A DNA stretch of 64,000 bases from Chrysomallon squamiferum (Eukaryota; Animalia; Mollusca), in NCBI GenBank assembly GCA_012295275.1, contig CM022673.1, forward strand, positions 24,552,001-24,616,000. The letters run 5' to 3'. Position 1 is the first letter of the stretch; every line of letters begins with the position of its first letter. The position numbers and the translations under genes are program-made. The notes beneath the pieces were generated by a model, which did not search any database, had not been told where the DNA came from, and saw nothing but the letters and a program-made list of their open reading frames with translations. This document shows positions 14,274 to 27,500 of this stretch, piece by piece.

Positions 14274-17200
14274 CTCTGTTTACGTCTGTCAAGTGTTCAC
14301 TAAAAATGAGGTGATGGTTTTTATGCTGTGGTATGGGAAGTTTCTCATCTGTTTATGAAATCTTTATTATTATTTTTGTAAATTTCTCATTAAAAAAAGC
14401 AAAACAAGTATTTATAACATGAGATATAAAAATTGTTTCTCATGTTAATGAGTTTGGTAGAAACTGTTTGTAAGAATTACAGAGTTCATGAATATATTCT
14501 GAAGGAAAAGAAGATGAATAAATTCATTAGGTTTCACACAGGCTGATGAGTAAATTTTTCTCGAATCAAATAAGCTGGTATAGCTATGTGATAAGAAGAG
14601 TGTTTTAATGATCAGATCTGTGTGTTAGCTGCTGAGTGTAAGTGGGATTATAAAAATAAAACATCTTGAAAGCAGTTACTTGAAAATGAGAAAATATTAG
14701 CAACACATCAGAATGTTTGAAGGTATTTCATGTTTACTGTGTATGAACTTGAATGTATAAAATTGAAATCAGTGCTAACAAACTTCCAATATTTCATGAA
14801 ATAAACAATTAACTGTTTGCTAAACCAGGCTTGATGTTTAGCTTGCTGTTGCTACTTTAATTCTGTTCACAAAAACAAATAAAAAATGTTCCCAGATCTA
14901 TTGGAGAATAAAATTATACTGAAAAAAAAGTTATTTAAAATTATGCCATCATGTATATCAATGACATGAATACACAGAAATGATTCCTGGATTAATTTTG
15001 TGTTTACAGTGAAAACCATTTTGTTGTCACAGTAACTTAGAAGCATTTTTATACATTAAAGATTATGTTGCAAATTAAAAAAGAATTAAATTTATAAAAA
15101 CATAATTCTGGGTAACTAAGTAAAAACTGATCATTTGACTGAGAAAGCATGTAAATGTTTTTTCCAAAGTGAATTCTGAAAACATGTATGTACTTATTTA
15201 TTAATGAAGGCTTTGTAACTGCTATTACTGTTAAAGAAAGATTGTTGTGGCTGATTAACATTTATTTTTCATTTGTGACTGATCTGGTATGCTGTTGTAT
15301 TTATTTTCTATTCATGTTTAAACTGTGTTAAACTATCATGAAACTTTTCTGTTTTCTGGATCTCAGTAATTATCACAGTTTATAAAATTAAGTGTGACTG
15401 GAATTCAGTGACATAATGGAAACACAAATTCCACAAATGCTAATAGGCTGTGAAATTTAATTTAGACTGTTTTTTTTTTTTTTTTTTCAAGAAACAATTT
15501 AATACAGTATCTTTTAAATAATTTTTGTTGATGAAACATTTTTTTTTTTTTTTTTTTGGTTTCTTTCTATGTCTCTGGTAGTACAAACAACAAAAGTTTA
15601 ATATATTTACTGATTTAAAAAAAGTTAAAAATAAAATAATAGATTTCTGTTCAATAATGATCAAATCATAAACTTTTTAAGTATCAGAAGTGACCAGAAT
15701 ACATTGCAACCTTTCTTTGTACTGCCACTGATTTAAGAAACATAAACACTTAATGTTTTTGTATGTGCATTGTGTCAGCAATTACATTTTTTCTGAATTT
15801 TTTTTTACTTAAGGCTGTTTTTTTCTTTGTTTCTTTTTCTCGTGTGTATACATACATTTCACAATCTTGTACATATAAATAACCATTTATTCTGAACAAG
15901 TATATTTTATTTTGTTTGAGCCACAGATGTCATAAAAACTGCTGTTATCTTCAGGTCCAGTCAGATGTATTACACATCTTTTCTTTCTTTCCTTCTTTAT
16001 TATTTATTTATTTTACTAGTTGGTATACAGGCACAAAAAAACACAGATGTAGCTTTTGTTTTACACATTAAGCTTTACTACAGAAAGTAGGCAACATACA
16101 CCTACAGACTGGTTTTTGTGGGTTATGGAGAATTATTGTTTTGTTTCTGCTGATTGTCAATGTGTATTCTAAAATGTGTTTCTCTTCAGGCATGATGTTG
16201 AAATCCATAACAAATAAATCTTATTTTTGTTCATTTACTGTTGGTCAAAATAAATTTTGTACTTCCAAGTGCTTTGATGTATGTCGCAAGCAGAATTTTC
16301 TAATAATATACAGTTACAACAGTAAAATAACAAGTTTGAAAAATGTATTAGTTTGCAAATATTTCACAATGTTACTGAGACCATATTTCATAATTGAAAT
16401 GTTAAAGTTACCTTTCAAGATATATAAATAATTAAAATGTCAAAGAATCTTTTAAGGTATAAATAGTATAATAATTTTTAACAAAGACAGGTCTTTCAGA
16501 AACACATGGAAGTATAAACAAATTGAAGTGTCTTTAAATTTTCATAATGCATACTTAAAATAATATGTACTTAGAGTACCAGAAACATTCTGGTACTATT
16601 TTGCTGAATAATTTTGTTATGACTAAAGCACTACTTTGAACTTCAGCTACATTGTTATCAATCCCTATTGATGCCCTAGTCATGAAGGATTTTAAGAATT
16701 TATTTTTATTACTTTCAACTGTGAAGCAAATAAAACAGCTCAAAAGTGCACAGATGGAGTTTAATTTTTTATTAACATCATTTTAATGTACCAATTTAAA
16801 AAATTAATAAATTTCCAGGGTTTTCACAGATCAGTGAATGGACAAATTAACAAACTTTGAGAACAAAGTGGCCATCATTAAATTCTATTAGTTTTCAGTA
16901 AAGCTCATGGTTTCTCAATATTTTTCATCAGTCTGATATCATCTTCTACTGATTTGCCAATCAACTGTTCAGCAATCAGTGCACCCATCCATGAACACCT
17001 AAATGTTTCTAAATTACTGTCTAATGATTTGTTTAACACCTTTATTAAACACGTTTTTTTTTTTTTTTCAAGCAGTGTCAATACCACACAAAATAGCACA
17101 AATAAATTTCATGAAAAACATTTTCTGCTTTGCTTTGATCATATTGTCCATCTTTGTACTGGTAATTGATAGTGCTATAGTTTAGTCATGTTAGAGGTGA

Positions 17201-18290
17201 CGGGTGACTGAGATGTACAAATTTATAATTTAACTGTAGCATGATTTTAAGCAGTGGCCTTACTTTTATTTGCATATTAAATATATCTGCACAAAACAAA
17301 ATGCATTGTTTCTGCTTTTTATTTAGATATTTGGTTCCAGTATTATTATTTAATACATGTACATATAATAAACATGGCTTGTTGTCTACATATTGTTTTT
17401 GTATCAGGTATTTATTTGAAGTATTTAAATCTTTGACACCTTTTTTATTAATGTGTCCATCCATTGTTTGTAACAGTTTGCACTCTACATTTTCCAAATA
17501 AAAAATCTTTAATACAAACTGAACCTAAAGCAGACTGGTTAAAACAAAACATCATGGGGCTTTGTTACACATACACTTTAGAATAATAATATAAAGATAC
17601 AAACCAACCAAAAACATTAATTCTCCTAGAGGAGTTGATTAAGAAATTACCAGCAACCTCATTATTGCTCAGTTTCAAAGTGTTTATGATACATTTTTTT
17701 CCCCCTCTTAACCTTGAATCAGTTTTGAAAAATGTATGCTATCAGCTTGAAATGGTTTTCAAATTTTGTTGTTCAGCTATTTATGTCAACTGTTTAAACT
17801 GTCTTCATGTGCATAAAGATTCATTCTTTCTTTTTGTGTTTTGTTGTTAAATTATTTCACAAAAAAATGTATCAAGCTCAATCATTCATAAATATGTTAT
17901 CAAGATGCACAGCACTCAATTCATCTACACAGACCCAAAAGAACTACATACAAGTGACTGGTTTAATAGATTAAAGAACAAAGTTTTTCTTAACTTTGTG
18001 ATTAAATCAGAAAACTACTTCCATTTATTAACTTGTATTCCAGCATCTTTATTAATGCTAAAGTTACAAATTACTGCTTAAACATATTAGATTCCAATTT
18101 TCTTCAACCAAGAAAATTAGCATAACGCTTTAAGATACAAACTGAAATTTAATTGTTGTGATATCTCTTCAGTAAATAAAGCAACATGATACCAACAGTA
18201 ATATTAAAAAATAATAAATATGCCAGGTTCCAAATGATATTCTAGTCAGATGAAGAAATAAATAAATACAAATTCATGATAGCGTATGTA

Positions 18291-18296
18291 TTTATT
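18291..18296 (-). terminator. Polyadenylation signal AATAAA of RPL39
   Basis: TTTATT on the + strand (AATAAA on -) lies about 60 nt downstream of the RPL39 stop codon. Confidence 0.7.
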
Positions 18297-18353
18297 GAAT
18301 GTGTTTTTGCCAACAGTTTTCTAAACTAGTCCAAATGTTAACACAAAAATCAT

Positions 18354-19507
18354 TTACATCTTCAGTTTTGTTCTCCTCCAGTGTCGCCTCTTGGCATTGT
18401 ATCTAAGTGAAACAAAAAACAGCGAATAACTATACTGCAAAATTTCAGTCATTATAAATACATTATTAGAGCTTTATTTTATTTAGAATTACAAATTCAG
18501 TGACAAAACACTGAATGGTAATTTCAAACAATCTTATACAAGACAATTACAGTTTGACCTAATTTGAGAATGAACAATGCTAAAAATGCCAGGAAATTTT
18601 GGAAACTTGACTGTTACTATTATTCTAGTGAAGATAAATTCAAAAATTATCCCCTACAAGCTTGTATGATACTTAATGAAGTGAATTGGCTCGGAAAACT
18701 TGTTTTCATCTTGCATGTTCTGCCAAGTTTATTATCTGTAACCCTCTGATTTACTATGAGCAATAAAAACAAGATTTATTAAATATAGATAAAGTTTTTA
18801 CCTAATTGTATTGCCCGTTTTCATTCTCACCCACTGAGGAATTGGCCTGTTCTGTTTCATTTTTTTTGCTAATTTCATCTTAACTCGGAAAGATTTGTGA
18901 GCACCCTGTAAAACAATGAAATTATCAGTCTCTTCAAACTTGAAAATAATGCTAAATTATCGTAAGTACGTAAGTACGCAATAAAACTAAATGCACATTC
19001 AAAAAATAAAAAAATAAAAAAAAACCCTCTATAGGGCCATCAAAGAATACTGATCCAGTTCCTAATCGCATCTGACCAGAAATCTACCACTATGACTATA
19101 TCTAGTATCAGTAGAATTGTCAAAACAAAAGCTTGCCATGGAAGATGGGCACTCAATATATTATAAACTTAAAAGATTCAGTTTCAATATTTTGTACTGT
19201 TTTGACTAACATGACGTTTTGTATAAATTGTAATAGTAATCGTTTCCGTGTCTCATTTGAAAAGCCTTTAATTAAAATATCAACTGTGTATATATCATTT
19301 GTACGCCGAATCGTTGAACTACTCATTTAGATTCTAAGAATGTATATAAATAACGTTAACATGTTTTAAAATAAAATAAAATTATAAATTGCAAAAATAA
19401 ATATAAAATAATTGACTTGGTTCAATAAACTGTAAGATTAACTGAAATATTTCAAATGAAACATACGGATTACTTCGTAATAGACGGATTAAATAAAAAC
19501 CCACCAT
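18354..19507 (-). CDS. RPL39: 60S ribosomal protein L39 (eL39), 51 aa
   Basis: Minus-strand exons 19507-19505 (ATG only, then GTGGGT donor), 18905-18802 and 18402-18354 join to give [51 protein letters not shown], the characteristic eL39 sequence. All introns are GT-AG. Confidence 0.98.
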
Positions 19508-19533
19508 TGTGACACCTCTACTGAACGGTGGCT

Positions 19534-19549
19534 AGAGGGGAAAAGGAAG
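19534..19549 (-). promoter_or_regulatory. TCT initiator / 5' terminal oligopyrimidine tract of RPL39
   Basis: The minus strand reads CTTCCTTTTCCCCTCT about 40 nt upstream of the RPL39 ATG. This matches the YYC(+1)TTTYY TCT motif typical of ribosomal protein genes, giving a predicted TSS near 19545. Confidence 0.85.
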
Positions 19550-21132
19550 TGAATGCACACAGTATGCTTATAGAGACTATCAGTCGATAACTTCCGATTA
19601 AACATTGCACTGTGGGATAGACGGCCTTTTTTTTCCTTTTTTATTATTATTTTTTTTAATTTATCGTATTTGTTTCTCATAGGTGGTTGCAGCTTTTTAC
19701 TTTCATAAAAAGCGGAATGCAGCTATGAAAAATGATCGCGTTTAGTTTATTAACCGAATTTCGAAATATGTCTACGTTAGAAGGGTACAAACAAGTTTAC
19801 TAAATTAGACATATGCGCTTAAGATACATTGATGTACTAGAAGTAAACCGCACAAAACAGATTATTAATTTGTTTAAGTCCAAGGCCTTATGCTTTTATA
19901 ATTATATGCTTATAAAATATATACTTGTTAGCGTTCACCTGTTTCACATTTCCATATAATTATATACCAAATTGACATCTCTCATTTCTGAAAATGTGCC
20001 TGTGGTAATTATAGCACATGAAAACCCTGATTTGCCTGTAGTAATATGCATTAACAATATAAATAAAAAGAATAAGAATGATTATGCCCACATCTGTTAA
20101 GATAAATATGCAGTTATTGCATCCTGAAATATTCTGCATAATTTTTACAATTCAGCGACTAGTAAAATGATGACCTACAGATTATTTAGCTTTGATTTAA
20201 CATATGCTGGATAATGGTACAGCCATGTTAGTGTATATGTTTACTTTAAGAATTTAAAAAAAAAAAAAAATATATATTTTTAGATTCGAAAAAGTCATTT
20301 CAGACTGAATAAAAACACTTTCACTTGTTATATATATATATATATATATTCATAGCCTAACATACTGTTTATGCAGTTTTATTTTCAAATCTTTTATTTA
20401 AATTTTATTTATATTTTAGTGGTTTTATAGTTTTTGTCTTTATATCGGATATCAGTGTTCTGTATTAATGTTTTCTAGTTCTTTGATATGATAATTTTTA
20501 TTGTTGTCCCTAAAAACATAAATAAATTCATTGTGAAAAATCTGTTAAAACTATTCTAAGAACAGTTTTTGAATTCTAAAAGAATGTGACAACCAGAATT
20601 GAAACAGTTTTTTTATCTTATTATTGTTAATTTATTCTGAAAAATTACTTGAATGTTGTTGGGGTTTTTTACCGTTTTTTTTTTTTTTTTTTTTAGGGGA
20701 TTTTTAGTGGGATAGAATTAATTGTGAATGTATGTATTTCAGTCCCTTTTCAATGAATTTTTTTATTATTATTAAAAGATTTTTACTATTTATTTGCTTT
20801 TTTTATTTTTAAATAGTTTTTATTATTTGTTTACTGTTTTAAAACTTAGATTTAAATATCGTCTATAACGTTGTTAACAAATTAACAGCTGCAACAGGTT
20901 TTTAAAAAAATAAAATAAAATATATATATAACTATATAGATAGACAGAGATTAATAATAATCAGACATTCACTTACTGTGACTAATGATATTAAACATGA
21001 CTTAATAAAAGAAAAGAAAAAACTCTACAGTAAGTATGGTATGTAACCTAAAAATCTGTCGCGTTTTAATTTTATTTAACAAAAACAAGAATACAGTATT
21101 AATAAAATTGATAATGTATTTATTATTATTAT

Positions 21133-21164
<32 letters not shown>

Positions 21165-22138
21165 TTATTATTATTATTATTATTATTATTGCATACAGTT
21201 GCGTTTCCTCGTGCCAAAAAGAGCAGCCTAATTACCATAGTGTATGTATGTTGTTTAAAATTTGTAATAAAATTCAAGGGAAATAATTTACCTGAGTATA
21301 TCGTGCCTTTTAACTGTCTTCGTCAATAAAATGGATTATGACAACACAATTTTATACATTTTAAGTATTTTTTTTATTATTTAAAAATGAGAGTTACTGT
21401 AAACGTATAGAGTTACGTTAATTATTTTTTAAATAATAATAATGATAACGAGTAATTATAATATTTATAATAAACATGTATATGATTCCTTGCCACACGA
21501 CAAAGTTCAATCCGCATTTTAGGTAAACCTAAAACACTGTTATGCTGTATAGCAACAAAGTCGTATTACCACGCAACTGTTAAGTATAATAAAATGGATT
21601 ACTTATACATTTTAAACAATGTTTATTTAAATATGTTCCTAGTTCTTTAAAAACTGAAATACCTTGTAAAATATAAGGTACAACTGTAGTAATATAATCT
21701 AACAAATACTGACCTATTTATCTTCGAGAATTAGACTAAAGCGTTTTTTGGAGTTGTTAGGCTCAGTGTAAAAAGAATGCTAAATGTAAACAAATTCCAG
21801 AATACGAAAGTTATTTCTAAAATGACAATGAAATGTAAATTTGTGTTATTGACAAGTTTTATATTTTATAATGTTTTCGTTTAAACTGTAACTTTTTATT
21901 TAATACTGGCAAGGCAGTTGCTTGTGATAATATTACAAAGTGCTTTGCTACTGGACAAGTTTTACTTAAAATAAAGCTCGATAATCAGTATATTATTATA
22001 TACACCGTTGTTTGTTATTAAACTTTTAAGACTATGACTACAGATATGATTAACTATATGTTAAATTTGTTACAAAGTTCTTATGAATATACAGTGTTAC
22101 TTGGTTCTGAATAAATTTAGACTGTGTTACTGAAACTG

Positions 22139-24534
22139 ATGCCAACACAATCCAAAATGTGGTCAGATGATGATTTTGGTTTGGTAAGTGTTTAAGCGAC
22201 ACTTTAGAATTTTACTTTAATAATTTGATCTTATTTAAAAATAAATATATATCATTATTGGTGGTCATATCTACATATTTCTTTTATTTTTTTATTTCTG
22301 TATTCCATTAAGCATATATTTATTTTTCACCTATCATTTCTAATGGATTTTTGATATGATATAATATGTTTGAATAAAAAAAAAATGTGTACATAAATGT
22401 TAATTGAAAATAAAAAATATGTATATTTATGTAAAAATGTTGATAGAAAATAAGTTAAAAAGTAAATAGAATGATGTGCTACTACACTTTATATGCTTTA
22501 TTTTAATAACTAAATAAAAATGAAAATAAAAAATTGTTAATAAAAGAAGATAAAGGGAGAATAGAATATCTAATTAAGGTAAATTGATTCTGCTCATCAG
22601 TATATAATAAATTATATAATAAAGCATTTGCTCAGTTTAATTTATATTAGTGACATGAAGGATGATACTGATATTAAATTTTGAACTGTGTAAATTGTAT
22701 TGTTTGGTTTGTTCAGTTATTAATGATATTTATTCTCTGAATATGAGCAGTTAAAATTAAAAAAAACACAAAACAAACAAGTTATTTTTTTACAATCATT
22801 TGTTGTTGTATTCAGTAACGTCATTGGATATCTATTCAGTCAGCCAGCTGTTGGAGACCGAAAATTGATATTTATTAATAAATTCAACTACTATCATAAA
22901 CAACATAGTTTCTCACAGAGAAACATAATAAAAAACACCATGTTCTGTCTGCAGTCATATTTTGCAAAATATTTAGCATTCTAATAAACCTGTTTAAAAA
23001 AAAAATTACAACTGAAAAAGTTTAAGTGAAATAAATAAGTTTCATTTCAATCAAACTGATCATATCCATATAAATAATAATTATGTACACTTGAACTGTG
23101 TTATAAATGTTTATGTTCTGAAAATACAGGCAATATTTTTATATAATATGATCCTTATTTACCACCTTTTTTTTTTTCTTTTTTTTTAATCCTTAAAAAT
23201 GTATGTGTGATCTAATTGTGATCTAATTTCACAATGCTTATTGATATTTGTAAAATATTTTATCATCAAAATTAAAAAATATGTTGAGTTTGTCTCTTGA
23301 TATATAACAGTTCTCTCTTCTTCCTTGGGGATATTTATTGAAAATTCAGAATTTATTACTGAAACAGATACACATGTTTCAGTGAAAGTAATACCATTTT
23401 TTATTTCTGTTTTTATATTTTTATTCCTTGTATTTACAGTCTGAATATTGTTTTGTTTTATATTATATAATTTTGTCTGTGTGTGTGATTAATATTTTTT
23501 TTACTTTATTAAATAAATGTAACTAAATACAAAAATGGCATTATTTTCACCACACCCTGTATTAAATAAATTAAATTTATCCCTAATTTATACATTATAT
23601 ATATTTCAAAAGCCATTGTAAATTTTAAAAATATATAATTATCATAAATTTAAATGATCACTGAGATCACTTAAATTATTTTATCATTAATAATTTTATT
23701 CTGGTATCGCTAAATGACCCCTTCTCCCCAAAACCTCCCCCACTAGAACATGAACCAAGAAATAAATTAAGTAATGTATTTGATAACAATAACAGTATAG
23801 TAGTTTTAAATGTGTGTCTTTATTTGTTATTACAGAATCCATATGAAAGTTTTATGAAGAAACATCTACGGCACTATGGCTACTTCACAGGTTAGTTTTC
23901 CATGTAATATTTAACTGTTGATTATTATTTATAAGTTATCATTGTTTCAATTATTGCTAAAATCACTTTTATTAAAAACTGTAAAAAGAAATATTGTTTA
24001 AACTCTTATCGTGTCTAGCTGTTTCTGTTTTAAAGAAAATCTCACTCTTACTAATGATACATGTAGTAGCAAGGAATGCTGCATGAATAAGTATTGGATA
24101 TGCAATAATGATTACAAGAAATTATAATATTTTATTTTTAAATCAGAATGTTATAAACTGATAAGAGTAAGATTCGTGGTAACTTGAAGTTCTCTTTAAT
24201 TTGATTCATCATACATTCATTAGATGAAACCCATTCTGATATTAATAAGTAAGTTAATTTTAACTATTATCAAACTATCAGGCTATTCAAAAATAACTAG
24301 AAAGAATTTACTTTATTTGGAAGTAAAGGAGTCTCTTATAGAAAACATCGACTGATAAATTGTAGAAATAACTTACTTTATTTGGATTTTTCATGTTATT
24401 TTAGTTTTGTTTAATATTAACTAAACATTCATTTTATTTTTATAATAATGATGATGATTAGTATAGTACATAGTAACTGAAAACAACACTAAAAATGAAT
24501 TATTGTAGTTATTATAATTATTGTTATTGTCATA

Positions 24535-24598
<64 letters not shown>

Positions 24599-27500
24599 TT
24601 TGATAATAGTTTCTCTAACTTCCTTTGCAATACATTATTATTAAAGACTTACTGTTTGGTCTCACATGGGAAAAAATGTTGTTCTTGTAATATTTCATAC
24701 CAACATTTTATGTTTGACTGTCTTCTGATTCTTAAGCATATCCTCCAAACTAAAACATTGCCATCATTTCTTATAACTAAAACCCCAGTTAAACAGGTTT
24801 GAATAGTTCATCATATACAGCAATACAGAATATGCCTAACTGAAACATTTCCATGTAACACCATGTATACTGGGTTTTTTCTGGCTTTGAAATGTCCCAG
24901 GTATGGGCTCTGCACCAACTCATTAGTTGGCTTGAAGCATTTCATAAACTCTGTGAGCTGTATGATCATTAGCACCATTGTAAGTTAATTTGCTTTACCT
25001 GAATACTCTTTCATGTTTGGCAGTAAATCAAACAGATACAACAAAATAATAATAATAATGATCATGATTAGCACTGAGAAGTCTGGAAACTGTTGTTTAA
25101 AGAATTGAATCACAACTGAAAAATTACAAAGAAACAGAGATGTTAACATTTGTGCCACACCTAGTGAAATACACTTGACAGATTTTACTTTTCTAAATGA
25201 TTCCAGAATTTGTGTCTTTCACCAGAAAGTTATGAGTATTTTTTGCAAGCGGAATTTTACTAAATAACTGAAATTATACTCTCTTATTTTCAAATTTATA
25301 GTTATGAATGTTACATAAAAAAAAAAAAAATGATTTGAAGTAAGGGAATTTTTCCGTTTGCTGATTCTTAGAATTGTTTACGTAAAAATAATGACTTTAT
25401 AATTATTTTTGTTAAATGTATTTATAATTTTTTTATAACATTTCAATGAAATATATTTACAAAGACTGGTTTAGATATATCTTATTCTAGTTTTTTTGTG
25501 TCATGTTTGTGTGTGAGTTTCTACTATAAATATAATTATACCGTTGTTTTTTCTTAATGGTATAATTTCTTTTAGAGTTCTGTAACAACAATCAAACTCA
25601 ATTGCTGAAAAAAAAAAAAATCATCTCACATTGTGTGATATTAAATAACAAGAAGGAACCAAATAGGTTATCAAACGCAACAAATCCTTAATAAAACTGT
25701 TGGCTATGCAATATTAACCATAAATGAATGACCCAGTCGTAATATGCAAGTATTAAACGCTTTATTCTCATAGCAGCTTGTTGATAAGCTCTTTTTCCTC
25801 TGGTTTGACAATTCATTGCTTGTGGTCCTATGTCTGCGAAGATAAGCAGATTAATGTATAGTACTTGCTGGATTGTAAAGATAATTTAACAACAGTTTGT
25901 TTCCCAGTACAATAGAGGCACCAGTGTTTAGTGTGTGTGGTTGAAACCTTTAACACCATGCTTGGCTGCAATTCTACAGTTACCAGACATTTGCATTTGA
26001 ACAATGAAGGATTACATTTCAATACTGACTAGGAAAATTATGCTATTTACTGTAAGGAGTTTGGCAATTTCTGTGCAGAATGTATTTATTTCTGATTATT
26101 AAATCACCCATTATTGATCATTCTAAAACATTTTGACAGAAAAAAATAAATAAATAAAAAAAATTGGATGGATACTTTTGGATATACTGGATACCCTCAG
26201 GAAGTTGACCTTTCTTTTAGACCAAAACCTCAGCTGACTATAGGTTTGTCATTAAATTAATTTCATGTTTCAAATTAATTATGTCTTAACTTGTTAAGAT
26301 ATTTAGGAATCTCAGCTACCTGTAAAATAGCTGTGTTGTGTGTGACACTGCATATAGAAATAGAAAATAATTTATGATTTCTTTTAAAGACTTAAACATA
26401 ACCAGTTGTATTTGAAAAAATATAATTTATGTGATATATTATTTACCTCAAATGATAAGCAGTATATATATATATTTATCATTTGAAAAATTATTTACCT
26501 CAAATGATAAGCAGTATGTATGTATATACATACAAACATACATACATACATACATACATACATACATACATACATACATACATACATACATACATACATA
26601 CATACATACATACATACAAATATATCGGATATGAGTCAGTTTAATTTAATTAATTTATTACAAATGACAATTGAACTGTACTGAATTTCTTTTATTGAAT
26701 TTACTGAATTAGTTTCACTGAACTGTACTGAATTTCTTTTATTGAATTTACTGAATTAGTTTCATTGAACTGTCCTGAATTTCTTTTATTGAATTTATTG
26801 AATTAGTTTTCTCCATTAATCTTTGCAGTGTATTAACAAAGAGTTTGTGGGTGGGGGTGGGTTTATTATTATTATTTTTTTTTTTTATTATTTTTTTTTT
26901 TAATGTATTTGGGTATTTTTTGTTTGTTTTTTTATTATTTTAGTTTTTGGGGTATTGTTATTTTATATATATATATACTTTTTTACTGAAACAAATTTAG
27001 GTTTATTTAGCTACTAAATACCTGTTTTATTTAGCTGCCGTATTTCTTTTATTGAATTTATTGAATTTGTATCATTGAACTATACTGAATTTCTTTGATT
27101 GAATTTACTGATTTTTTTTTTATTGAACTGTACTGAATTTCTTTTATTGAATTTACTGAATTTCTTTTATTGAATTTATTGAATTAGTTTCATTGAACTG
27201 TACTGAATTTCTTTTATTGAATTTATTGAATTAGTTTCATTGAACTGTACTGAATTTCTTTTATTGAATTTACTGAATTAGTTTCACTGAACTGTACTGA
27301 ATTTCTTTTATTGAATTTATTTAATTAGTTTCATTGAACTGTCCTGAATTTCTTTTATTGAATTTATTGAATTAGTTTCATTGAACTGTCCTGAATTTCT
27401 TTTATTGAATTTATTGAATTAGTTTCATTGAACTGTACTGAATTTCTTTTATTGAATTTATTGAATTAGTTTCATTGAACTGTACTGAATTTCTTTTATT

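Noticed and set aside
16575-16597. Perfect 10-bp hairpin AGTACCAGAA-ACA-TTCTGGTACT downstream of SLC37A4
   Set aside because: An isolated short stem that could occur by chance in 64 kb. It has no SECIS, histone stem-loop or miRNA features.
18405-19503. Intronic snoRNA in RPL39 (vertebrate RPL39 hosts SNORA69)
   Set aside because: An ANANNA/ACA pair (minus strand ~18722-18660) and small hairpins (18487-18523, ~19048-19113) exist. I could not fold a convincing two-hairpin H/ACA or find C/D boxes or rRNA guides. An Infernal/snoReport scan would settle it.
21541-21580. RFX X-box upstream of the carboxypeptidase gene
   Set aside because: Only the half-site ATAGCAAC matches, which is too weak to call.
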